Source of the DNA: an uncultured bacterium
GTDB taxonomy: Bacteria; Zhuqueibacterota; QNDG01; DTFT01
Reading direction: 5' to 3'
Assembly: GCA_963736115.1 (NCBI GenBank)
Contig: CAVTNR010000017.1
Location: 53,110-117,109, forward strand
Length of the DNA: 64,000 bases
The notes beneath the pieces were generated by a model. That model did not search any database. It had not been told where the DNA came from and saw only the letters and a program-made list of their open reading frames with translations. Positions 8,901 through 17,122 of the stretch are shown here, piece after piece. The first letter of the stretch is position 1. The number at the start of each line of letters is the position of its first letter. The position numbers and the translations under genes were made by a program.

Positions 8901-11706
8901 CGTATCGCGCCATCTGGGTTCCTGCGTCGTTGATCACGTACAGATTTCCCGAAAGGTCGCAGTCTCCCACCCACCCAAGCCAGGGCGCGGCCCTCATGTT
9001 GGTGATGGCTCCGGCCTCGTCGATGCGGATGAAGCGGTCTCCGCTGTAAACGGACCCGCGCTCGATGGCGTACATGAATCCGTCCTCGTAATTGTACCCC
9101 ACGGCATTGATCGTGTATCCGGCGGAGCGGATGTTGATATAGGAATACGGGTTGGTCGAGGGATCGAGGTACGTGATGCTTCCGCTCGTCTCGTAGATGT
9201 GAAAGAACCGGGACATGCAGGGGATGGGATTGCCGGAGGATGTGCCCGTTCCCTGAATCGCGAACGTATAAGGGTTCTCGTCCGGATCATTGTTGCCGAT
9301 CGTGACGAGGGCGGTCCGCAGATCGATCGCGGAAGGGTCGAATTCGATGGTGAACGTGACGCTGGCGTTGACGGCCACCGGCGTGGGCGGCTGGGCCGTG
9401 ACCGTGAAATCCGAGGCATTCGTTCCTGAAATGCTCACGCGGGGCGAACCGGACAGGTTCAAGTCGTCGCTTCCGGAGTTGGAAATCGTGAAGGTCCTCG
9501 ATTCGGTGACACTGCCCGCGGACTGGACGTCCCCGAAATCCGTGCCGTCCGCCGTTTCCGGCGCCAGATCGCCGCTCGCGATCGTGAGGCCGTTCCCGGA
9601 CACGGCCATCTCCGGAAGAATGACGCCCCTGCCCTGAATGGAGAACGTGTACGGGTCCTCATTGTCGTCCACGTCGTCGTTGGCAATGCTGATCACGGCC
9701 GTGCGGACTCCCGTCGCGGACGGGTTGAAACGCACGGTGAACAGAACCGTACTGCCCGGGGCGATGGGCGAACTCGGCTGGAGGGTCACGCTGAAGTCCG
9801 CGGCGTGCGTCCCGGAGAGCGCCACGAGGGGCGAGCCGGTCAGGCTCAGGTCCGACGTTCCCGCGTTCAGGATGGAATAATTGACCATCCGCACGCCTGA
9901 GGTGACTTCCACGCTTCCCAGATCCGTGCTGTCCGTTGCGGACGGTGTCGGGTCTCCGGACGCGATCTCGACCGAGTTGCCGGTCACAACGATTTCGGGA
10001 TCGTGCACGAGAACGCCTGCGCCGGAGAGCGGCGTGAATCCGTCCAATCCGGCGGATTTCTCGGAGGAGGCGTCGAGGCCGTCCAGCTGAAACGCGCCGC
10101 TCTTCGAACCGGCGGCAGGGCCGGCCGCGGTTTCCGCGGAAATGCCGGTGCCCTGCAGGTTCAGGATCAAACGGCTCGCATCCGGATCGTTGTTCGTGAT
10201 CGTGAGAAAGGCCGTTTTCAGCCCGACGGTCAGGGGACGGAAGCGCATCGACAGTTCCGTTTCCCCGGCCGGCGGCAGGAAGGATGCAGGCTGGTTGAGG
10301 ATGAGGAAATGGGCGGCGTCGTTTCCTGACACGAACAGAGGCGTTTCGACAGCCAGGTCCGAACCGCCTGTATTGACGAGGGTGAAGGTGACGAGTGGTT
10401 CCGAACCGAAATCGTAAGTCGCGCCGTCGACCAAGGGGGCGCCGTTCACGAGCACGCCGATCCGGCCGGGTTCCGCGGCTGTTTCTGGTACGGCTTCGGC
10501 CGTGCCTGTCAGATATAAATAGTACGGATTCTCATCCGCGTCATTCGTTCCGATCGCAAGGGACGCGTTTTGGACGCCTGCGGACAAGGAACTGAAGCGG
10601 ACTGAGAAGGAGGTTTCGGCTCCTGGATCCACATCGCCGGATGGCTGTGAAACAACCCGGAATGCATCCGAACTGTCCAGCGTCAGCGGAACGGTCAGGG
10701 TCAGAACTTCATTCCCTGCATTACGGACCGTGAAAGTGACGGTCGTGTCCGATCCGGCCGGGAGAGTTCCAAAATCCAGCGTTCCGCCTGAAGAAACCGC
10801 GAAGCCGCCCGCGACCGTCACATCCGCTTCCGCGGCTTTGGGCAGGCTGCCCTGGAAATCGATGCCGGTCGTGTCGGACAGGACGTCCATCAGTGTGACG
10901 TACGCGGGCGTCCAGTCCGCGTATCCGGCCTTTTCGGGCGTGAGCACGGTCGTCCGGCCGGCCGGAACGCTGTGGCTGAAATATCCGTCCGCATCCGTGA
11001 TGCTGACGTGTCCATCGTGTGAAAAAGCGATTGTCGCGTCCGCCAGGGGCGCCGCGCCGTCCGTCACCCGTCCGGAGACTGTGATCCAGGTCACGGTTCC
11101 GGCGCCTTGGATGACGAAATAGAACGGATCATCGCCAGCGTCGCTGGAGGTAATCGTCACAACCGCGGTCCGCATCCCCTCGGCAGAGGGAGAGAACAGG
11201 ATGTCAAAAGGCGTGGACGCTCCGGAACCCAGCGAGTCCGCGGGCGGGGCGGTGACCGCGAAATCGGAGGCGTGCGGGCCGGTGATCGCCACTGCAGGGA
11301 CACCAGTCAGGACCAGGGCTGTGGAATCCGTGTTCGTGATGACGAATGTCCGTTTCACGGCTCCAGATACAATATCCGCAGTCCCGAAATCCGTGCCGTT
11401 TGCCGCCGCAGGGGTTTCGGATCCGTTGACGATCCGTTCAGGCCCGAAATAAACGGCGAATCCGCCGGCCGGGATTTCCTGGCCGGAAAGGTTTGAAAAT
11501 AGAGCCATGAGGCTCGAAAGAACCAGGCCGATGAACAGAGTGGAGAACAGGCCGCAGCTGCGGAGGCGCCGGCGGATTCCGGCATGAATCCGAGTCAGGA
11601 TCCGAATGGAGTCAGTTGTCAGGATGTAAAATTGATCGGGGCTTCCTTCGGGGATGGAGGAGGCGGGGAAGTGACGACCAAAGAATGCCTTGTTCAGGAT
11701 GAACAT
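5962..11706 (-). CDS. Large adhesin-like protein: about 9 choice-of-anchor-D/ASH Ig repeats, beta-propeller-like region, 2 SdrD-B domains, C-terminal DUF11
   Basis: Repeats TDFG...TFTI.N.G...L.L.G.P....DF....F.P...G.R.A...I.N.D.DENPY.F.IQG.G. SdrD-B motifs G(N/D).VW.D.DNDGIQD..E.G. Hydrophobic segment at aa ~52-72. Confidence 0.85.
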   Translation of the reverse strand: MFILNKAFFGRHFPASSIPEGSPDQFYILTTDSIRILTRIHAGIRRRLRSCGLFSTLFIGLVLSSLMALFSNLSGQEIPAGGFAVYFGPERIVNGSETPAAANGTDFGTADIVSGAVKRTFVITNTDSTALVLTGVPAVAITGPHASDFAVTAPPADSLGSGASTPFDILFSPSAEGMRTAVVTITSSDAGDDPFYFVIQGAGTVTWITVSGRVTDGAAPLADATIAFSHDGHVSITDADGYFSHSVPAGRTTVLTPEKAGYADWTPAYVTLMDVLSDTTGIDFQGSLPKAAEADVTVAGGFAVSSGGTLDFGTLPAGSDTTVTFTVRNAGNEVLTLTVPLTLDSSDAFRVVSQPSGDVDPGAETSFSVRFSSLSAGVQNASLAIGTNDADENPYYLYLTGTAEAVPETAAEPGRIGVLVNGAPLVDGATYDFGSEPLVTFTLVNTGGSDLAVETPLFVSGNDAAHFLILNQPASFLPPAGETELSMRFRPLTVGLKTAFLTITNNDPDASRLILNLQGTGISAETAAGPAAGSKSGAFQLDGLDASSEKSAGLDGFTPLSGAGVLVHDPEIVVTGNSVEIASGDPTPSATDSTDLGSVEVTSGVRMVNYSILNAGTSDLSLTGSPLVALSGTHAADFSVTLQPSSPIAPGSTVLFTVRFNPSATGVRTAVISIANDDVDDNEDPYTFSIQGRGVILPEMAVSGNGLTIASGDLAPETADGTDFGDVQSAGSVTESRTFTISNSGSDDLNLSGSPRVSISGTNASDFTVTAQPPTPVAVNASVTFTIEFDPSAIDLRTALVTIGNNDPDENPYTFAIQGTGTSSGNPIPCMSRFFHIYETSGSITYLDPSTNPYSYINIRSAGYTINAVGYNYEDGFMYAIERGSVYSGDRFIRIDEAGAITNMRAAPWLGWVGDCDLSGNLYVINDAGTQMARYDISANTVTTQATGGPAFLARDMAYRTQDGYFWGVYYKELYRFNGSSGQTVASSITGSLADDYDAGINNGTWGATWTASDGYLYAGNNQSGRLYRIDVSSGESVYIGTGVSGLNNNDGASCPLAPAPFPSTGYAGNFVWIDQDNDGIQDSEEPGMSGVTVTLHTSGGAIVASTVTDGDGAYGFSGITVGQYYLRFSGLPAGFSFALRDQGSNDFIDSDADATGITATFSLSAGEIKDLYDAGVRTTGIGDRVWEDTDNDGIQDSGELGVPGVLVRLYTSGGVLTSTTTTNSDGFYYFGGLTAGSQYYVNFNGGLPGGYIIGKQNLGGNDDLDSDPNATTGNTANYLMTANILITNCDAAIRQTTFPEIDVRGNNRTIADGDATPSVLDSTEFGSASAYLGTVRRTFTIRNTGAAALTLYGTPLVEIGGTHAADFTVIVDPSSTIARNVSTTFQVRFDPGGIGLRSATITIYNNDSNEDPYNFAIQGTGLAPEMDVQGNSVSIPDGDTAPSLSDHTDFGSLDILTGTIDRTFTIRNLGTATESLLLTGSPRVQIAGANGADFSVVTQPASGTVAVNGSVTFVVRFNPSAVGLRSAEITVANTDPDENPYNFSIQGTGTATPEMDVRGNGVSIADGDAAPSVTDSTDFGSGDILTDTITRTFTIFNTGSADLSLTGTPRVEITGANAGDFLVSQQPSSGVVPAGGGSLTFRVTFNPTLTGLRQAEIRIFNGDSDENPYNFTVQGTGTAAPEIKVTGRDVEIASGDATPSVADDTDFGNAPVSGATVTHTFKIRNPGSAVLTLTGGSPHVSVSGAHASDFTVTLTPESAVDPMGDSTSFQITFNPSAIGARSASVSIENNDSDENPYTFAIQGTGVGAPQLVLSKSVDKGTAAPGEELTYTIGYENIGDGNATAVTVLETIPARTTFVTGSVSASGMNVFYSHNGGSSYDGADTAPVTHIRFQRPSALAPAESGEVTFRVRIQ

Positions 11707-11707
11707 C

Positions 11708-12106
11708 TCATTCCCTCAGTTCGGTCCTGGACATGGACGCGGTTTTAAGGTCATTCGTTTCCAGGACTTCGGCAGGAAAATCGAAAATCTGTGGAAGAAG
11801 ATCCATGACCGGCGCGGCGCAAAGACACCGATTATGAATTTTATCGCTGAAAACCGAGCGGTATTCCTTTTTATCGCTTCTGTATTTATTGGATATATGG
11901 AAAAGCAAATCGGGGTTTATCTGCATCTTTGGAAAACCCTGCTTATCCTCGGTTACCATACGGTTTCTGGTTGTGGGTTCGGTTACATGGTTTTTTATAA
12001 TCCCGGCTGTTGAATTGTTGATTACGCCGGTTTGATCCGACAATTCCACGAATGCCCTTACTTTTTGAAATACAAGCATTAGCAGTATTATTATGAATAT
12101 TCTCAT
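11708..12106 (-). CDS. Hypothetical low-GC protein, possibly secreted
   Basis: 132-aa ORF with signal-like N-terminus (MRIFIIILLMLVFQKVRA). Stop lies 1 nt before the adhesin ATG. Confidence 0.4.
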   Translation of the reverse strand: MRIFIIILLMLVFQKVRAFVELSDQTGVINNSTAGIIKNHVTEPTTRNRMVTEDKQGFPKMQINPDLLFHISNKYRSDKKEYRSVFSDKIHNRCLCAAPVMDLLPQIFDFPAEVLETNDLKTASMSRTELRE

Positions 12107-12318
12107 GTCCTATATCATCCTATGGCTTCATTTGTATTATTTATAGATGTTTAAGTCATGTCAATCTGTTTATTTAAAATTGGAATCGTTCCTATAATTG
12201 CTCGATCTGCACGCGGTTAATATCAATAAAAACAATATTTTTAGTTAAATAGTATTATTTCAATATTTTTTCATTTTGCAAATAAACTTGCCGCGAAACG
12301 AGTATTCAGGATGATTCA

Positions 12319-12334
12319 GTCAATTCACATGCCA
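12319..12334 (-). promoter_or_regulatory. Possible sigma54-type -24/-12 promoter facing the DUF11 operon
   Basis: Minus strand TGGCATG-TGAA-TTGAC versus consensus TGGCACG-N4-TTGC; A replaces C at -12. Confidence 0.35.
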
Positions 12335-12472
12335 AAGAAATCCTGTTTCGCACGGGAAGCTTCCTGATGATTACGGCTGGATTCGTCAGGCGTGAAATTT
12401 GCATGTGATTTTCCGGGTCCATCGAAGCCGGGTTCATTTCTCTGATAGGCGAGCATGGCAGGAATAAAAAGC

Positions 12473-12501
12473 TTGACAATGGCTTCACATTTCCATATAT
12501 T
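12473..12501 (+). promoter_or_regulatory. sigma70-type promoter upstream of the PorV-like operon
   Basis: TTGACA (12473-12478), 17-nt spacer, TATATT (12496-12501). Confidence 0.7.
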
Positions 12502-12631
12502 TTTACCTGAACTTCAAAGGAGTCTGCGTATCGTCAGTTCGTTAAGGGTTTGATGGAGTTGACATTTTCGCGTTGCTCTTGAAGCGGAAGGTCACAGGCT
12601 GATCCATCTCCTTTGAACGGACTTTTTTTAT

Positions 12632-12690
12632 GCCGGTTTTTCAAGGTGAGATGCCTGTGGTCGGCCGCCTTGAAAAGTCGGCTTTTTTTA
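12632..12690 (+). terminator. Intrinsic terminator-like hairpin inside the porV leader
   Basis: 17-bp stem 12632-12648/12666-12682 (3 G-U pairs) followed by T7. Confidence 0.6.
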
Positions 12691-12719
12691 TTGTTCATCA
12701 CAGAGTGGAGGAACCTCCC

Positions 12720-13850
12720 ATGAAAAAACTGCTGGTCATCATGGCCGCCGGACTTCTTGTCCTGTCTTTCTCGGCCTCCGCCTTCGCGGTCAGCAAAGCC
12801 GCCGTGCTTTCGCTGATGATATCGCCCGGTGCCCGCGCCGCCGGAATGGGCGAAGCCTTCGTGTCCGTGGCCGACGACGCCACGGCCACGTATTGGAACC
12901 CGGCGGGTCTCGCCTTCCAGAAAGGCCATGAGATCACGCTGATGCATTCCAACTGGCTGCCCAATCTCGTGTCGGACATGTTCTACGATTTCGTGGCCTA
13001 CCGAAAGGACGTGGCGTCCCTGGGCGGCGTGATCGGTTTCAACCTCACCTATTTCAACATGGGTGAGCAGGCCTACACCACCGAACAGGGGCCCGAGGTC
13101 ATCGACACGTTCAAGAGCTGGGACCTCGCGGCCACGGCCTCGTACGCGACCCTGCTGAAGCCCAATCTCGGTCTCGGCATCAACGCCCGGTACATCCACA
13201 GCGCGCTCGCGCCGATGGGCGCCGGATCGGAGCAGGGCAAGGGCGTCGGCAATTCCTTCGCCGCGGACCTGGGCCTGCTGTACATGCCCGGATGGTTCAA
13301 GGGGCTCAGCATGGGTATGAACCTGTCGAACATGGGCCCGAAAATCACCTACATCGATGCGGACCAGGCGGATCCCCTTCCGACCAACCTGAAAATCGGT
13401 GTCAGTTACAAGATCCTCGACTCCGAGTTCAACAAGCTCCGTATCGCCATGGACACCAACAAGATGCTCATCTACAAATACTGGAAGCATATCCAGACGG
13501 GCAAGTCGCTCAAGCACGAAGAGTGGCTGAAGCTTGACGACGACGTCCAGGCGACTTACGAGTCGGAAACCGACCCGTTCTACAAGGCGATTTTCACCTC
13601 GTGGGGCGACGGATCCCTGAGCCAGCAGGCCAATCAGCTGATCAGTTCCGTCGGTCTGGAATACATCTACAACAGCATGATCTCGCTCCGGACCGGCTAC
13701 TACTACGACTATGACGGAAAGGTGCAGTACCCGACTTTCGGCGCGGGCCTGCAGTATGACAAGTACCGGTTCGACTTTTCCTACATCGCCGCTGACAGCG
13801 ACAGCCCGCTGACGGACACCATGCGGTTCTCGCTTACAGCGGGGTTCTGA
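12720..13850 (+). CDS. porV: PorV/PorQ-family outer-membrane beta-barrel (T9SS shuttle-like)
   Basis: L.ISPGARAAGMGEAF.SVADDATATYWNPAGL, GMNLSNMGPKITY...ADPLPTNLKIG, C-terminal F. GGAGG RBS. Confidence 0.8.
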   Translation: MKKLLVIMAAGLLVLSFSASAFAVSKAAVLSLMISPGARAAGMGEAFVSVADDATATYWNPAGLAFQKGHEITLMHSNWLPNLVSDMFYDFVAYRKDVASLGGVIGFNLTYFNMGEQAYTTEQGPEVIDTFKSWDLAATASYATLLKPNLGLGINARYIHSALAPMGAGSEQGKGVGNSFAADLGLLYMPGWFKGLSMGMNLSNMGPKITYIDADQADPLPTNLKIGVSYKILDSEFNKLRIAMDTNKMLIYKYWKHIQTGKSLKHEEWLKLDDDVQATYESETDPFYKAIFTSWGDGSLSQQANQLISSVGLEYIYNSMISLRTGYYYDYDGKVQYPTFGAGLQYDKYRFDFSYIAADSDSPLTDTMRFSLTAGF

Positions 13851-13885
13851 TCGTCCGCCCGATTTTTTCCGGCGTCGAGTCCATG

Positions 13886-13919
13886 AAATACCCCACGCGT
13901 GAAGGTGGGGTATTTTTTT
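13886..13919 (+). terminator. Rho-independent terminator-like hairpin
   Basis: AAATACCCCAC-loop-GTGGGGTATTT followed by a T run, after the porV stop. Confidence 0.65.
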
Positions 13920-13933
13920 AGCGGAGACAATTC

Positions 13934-16900
13934 ATGATGCGGCGATTCTTTTCATGCCTGTGCCTACTCCTGGCGGTTCAGCTCCCGGCCGTGCCGGGAA
14001 CCGGAGAGGGACCGGTATTCCGTCCCAGGGCCTGCCGGCCCTCGGAACGCAGCCTGCTGTCCACGGCGCGGACAGCGGCTGTTCAGCCGGCGGCTGGTTT
14101 CGGCCTCCGGAAAGAGTCTGTGCCGGAAGCGGCCCGGACACCGGACACCTTGAAAGTGCTCGGACTGATGGTCCAGTTCAGGCAGGACGCGGACCTTGAG
14201 ACCACGGGAGACGGCCGGTTTATGCTCGGACCGGCTGCGGGCGAAACCATTGACCCGCCTCCGCATGACCCTGCCTATTTTCAGAACCAGCTTCGGGCGC
14301 TGGCTAATTACTGGCGCACGGTCTCCGGCGGCAGGCTCATTCTCGAATGGGAGGTCGCGGCGGAAGTTTTCACCGCTGCCGACAGCCTCGGCGGATACGT
14401 TCCGCCGGAATCATCCCGTTCGGACGCGGCCGTCACATTGGGAGCGGTCCGCTTTTTCCGCGACGCGGTGCGGCTGGCGGACGCGGCTGGTGTGCGCTTT
14501 TCCGACACTGACTGCCTGATCGTGTTCCATGCGGGTGTGGGCGGGGACCTCGCTTTCGATTACGATCCCACGCCCCGCGACATGCCGTCCATGTTTCTGA
14601 ATCTCGAAGATCTGAAGGACTATCTGCCAGCGGCCGAGTTCAATGAAAGGGGGCTGTCGGTTCAGAACGGCGCCTATGGCGTCGCGGAAGGCATCATTCT
14701 CCCCGAGACCCAGAGCCAGGAAGGATACGAGATCGGTCTGCTCGGTACGGCCGCCCTCATGTCCGGCTTCCAGTTCGGGCTTCCGGCACTGTGGGACACG
14801 GAAACCGGCCGGTCCGGCATCGGCGCCTGGGGCCTCATGGACCAGGGGTCGGGCAATTACAACGGCCTCATTCCGGCCAGGCCGAGCGCGGTCGAGAGGA
14901 TGCTTCTGGGGTGGTATCTCCCGAAACCGGGGAACAATCTTGCGGATTTCCGGATCGCTTGCCCGGCCGCGGCGGACACGGTTCGATCCGATTTCAGGCG
15001 GCCGATCCGGATCTCCATCAACGGCAACGAATACTATCTGATCGAAAACCGACAGCACGACCCGGACGGCGATGGCGTCGCCCTGGGTCTGGATGCGAAC
15101 GGCGGAACCGTAACTTTTGACGCGGATTATCAAGTGCATTACTCCGGTGAGCCATCCGTCATCGTCTCGGTAGACGAATACGATTACGGACTTCCGGGAT
15201 CCGGGTTCCTCATTTGGCATGTCGATGAATCCGTGCTTCAGGCCGGAATTGAAAACAACACCGTCAACGTCGATCCCTCTCGAAGGGGAGTGGACCTCGA
15301 AGAAGCGGACGGCAGTCAGGACATCGGCGAGTCGTACGGCATGTTCGATGCAGGTTACGGATCGGAAACGGGCGTTCTTCAGGATACCTGGTTTGCGGAT
15401 AACGATGTCCACCTGCTGGTCAACGGAAGCGACTCTGTCGCATTCACCCCGTTTTCACATCCGAATACGAGGTCCAATGACGGAGCGGATTCCCAGATTT
15501 CATTTTCCGGTTTTTCCGAATCCGGTCCGGTAATGGCATTTTCGGTCCGGTACGGGCGGATGTCCCCGGATTTCCCGAAAGCCTTACGGGGGAAGGCCGG
15601 GTCCTATCCGCCACTGGCTGCACGATTCAAAGGATATGGAAATCCTGATCTTCTTCTCGTGACACACGACGGCAATCTGTATGGATGGGACGGCGAGGGA
15701 TATTTCAGTTCCTTTCCGCAAGGCGCAGTCATCAGTATGGACCCCGATTTCGTTCAAATAACACGGAACATGCCGGTTTTCGCGTCTCTCGAGTCGGGAG
15801 TGTCCGTTCCGCCTGTGTGCGGCGATCTGGACGGAGACGGGTTCGACGATCTGGCGGTGCTGACGGATGACGGCCGTTTTCTGCTCTGGAGCGCGGTGTC
15901 CGAATCCGGCCGAGATGCCCCGTGGATCCGGGGGACGTTTCCGCTGGAAGGGGAGAAGGGAACGTCTCTCGTTCTCGTCCCGGTCCGGGGAGCCGGCCTG
16001 CGGCCTTTCATCGGAACCGAATCCGGCCGGATTTTGACGACTGGAGGAGACGGAACCCTCGTGTCGGTCGCGCATCCGTTCGACCGTCCGGTTTCAGGCG
16101 TCGCATGCTGGGGCGAATCGGACACGCTTCTGGCCGTTGCGTCCGAAGGCGGGTATGCCCTGCTCGGCGCGGATGGACACATTGTTTTCAACGGAATCCC
16201 GGGCATTACCGGACTGTCCGAACCTGCGACGGGCCGGCCGGGTTCCGGATCCGGAATGCAGGGCTTCCTGTCTGAAAGGAGCATGATCCGGATCATCCAT
16301 GCGGATGGATCCTCATCGGTGTTGCACCGTCCGGATTTGGAGGAATCGTTGTCATCCCCGTCCCTGGCCGACGTCAACGGTGACGGCAGCCTCGACATCG
16401 TGTCCGTTTCAGGGGGTCGGGTCTGGTGCATGAACCAGAACGGAACGCTCATTGAGGGTTTTCCAGCGCGGATTGCGGCCGAGCACGCGGAATGCTCAAC
16501 TCCAATAATAGGGGACGTGGACGGGGACGGACTCCTGGATATTCTGGTTTCCACGTCCGAGGGACTGATCGCGGCTGTATCCGCGGACGGCGGCAGGGTC
16601 GAAGGTTTCCCTCTTCCATTATATGGGAAGCAGGCTGTGGCACCGACATTAGCCGACCTGGACGGCGACGGGCGCATCGAGATACTCGCGGCCTCGGACG
16701 GCGGTCAGATGGCGGTATGGGACATGGATGGCTCCGCCGAGAACCTGTCCCGGACCTGGCCCATGGCGCGTCACGACGCGGCAGGTTCGGGCCGGAGCGA
16801 TTTTATCCCGGGAACGACCGGGCCCGTGCCTTCCGGCGGACTCCTGCCGGCCCGGTTTGCCTACAACTATCCGAATCCTGCGTACGGAGATTTCACCGTG

Positions 16901-17122
16901 ATCCGCTACAGGCTCCGCGAAGCAGGCCGCGTGCGCATTGCCGTCTATTCCCTGGCCGGCGCGGAAATCGCCGCTTTCGAAGGGCCCGGGGACGGCCCCG
17001 GCGACCACGAGGCGGTCTGGAGCCTGAAAGGCGTGGACAGCGGCGTTTACACCTGCCGGATCCAGGCGTCCGCTTCAGGCGAATCCAGTTCCGCTTTCTT
17101 TAAAATTGCGGTGGTGAAATGA
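13934..17122 (+). CDS. M6 (immune inhibitor A)-like domain + FG-GAP repeats + T9SS-type C-terminal domain
   Basis: IVFHAG, GIG.WGLMD.GS, EYYLIENRQ, GSGFLIWHVDE, GVDLEEADG motifs. Repeats D.(D/N)GDG..D. C-terminal YNYPNP...SGVY...KIAVVK. Confidence 0.8.
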   Translation: MMRRFFSCLCLLLAVQLPAVPGTGEGPVFRPRACRPSERSLLSTARTAAVQPAAGFGLRKESVPEAARTPDTLKVLGLMVQFRQDADLETTGDGRFMLGPAAGETIDPPPHDPAYFQNQLRALANYWRTVSGGRLILEWEVAAEVFTAADSLGGYVPPESSRSDAAVTLGAVRFFRDAVRLADAAGVRFSDTDCLIVFHAGVGGDLAFDYDPTPRDMPSMFLNLEDLKDYLPAAEFNERGLSVQNGAYGVAEGIILPETQSQEGYEIGLLGTAALMSGFQFGLPALWDTETGRSGIGAWGLMDQGSGNYNGLIPARPSAVERMLLGWYLPKPGNNLADFRIACPAAADTVRSDFRRPIRISINGNEYYLIENRQHDPDGDGVALGLDANGGTVTFDADYQVHYSGEPSVIVSVDEYDYGLPGSGFLIWHVDESVLQAGIENNTVNVDPSRRGVDLEEADGSQDIGESYGMFDAGYGSETGVLQDTWFADNDVHLLVNGSDSVAFTPFSHPNTRSNDGADSQISFSGFSESGPVMAFSVRYGRMSPDFPKALRGKAGSYPPLAARFKGYGNPDLLLVTHDGNLYGWDGEGYFSSFPQGAVISMDPDFVQITRNMPVFASLESGVSVPPVCGDLDGDGFDDLAVLTDDGRFLLWSAVSESGRDAPWIRGTFPLEGEKGTSLVLVPVRGAGLRPFIGTESGRILTTGGDGTLVSVAHPFDRPVSGVACWGESDTLLAVASEGGYALLGADGHIVFNGIPGITGLSEPATGRPGSGSGMQGFLSERSMIRIIHADGSSSVLHRPDLEESLSSPSLADVNGDGSLDIVSVSGGRVWCMNQNGTLIEGFPARIAAEHAECSTPIIGDVDGDGLLDILVSTSEGLIAAVSADGGRVEGFPLPLYGKQAVAPTLADLDGDGRIEILAASDGGQMAVWDMDGSAENLSRTWPMARHDAAGSGRSDFIPGTTGPVPSGGLLPARFAYNYPNPAYGDFTVIRYRLREAGRVRIAVYSLAGAEIAAFEGPGDGPGDHEAVWSLKGVDSGVYTCRIQASASGESSSAFFKIAVVK

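Noticed and set aside
37-11500. Long plus-strand ORFs (e.g. 37..834, 1237..2592, 5965..8052)
   Set aside because: Antisense shadows of high-GC minus-strand genes, with no recognisable motifs.
12553-12582. Tiny ORF MELTFSRCS in the porV leader
   Set aside because: No convincing RBS or informative codon content; cannot be distinguished from chance.
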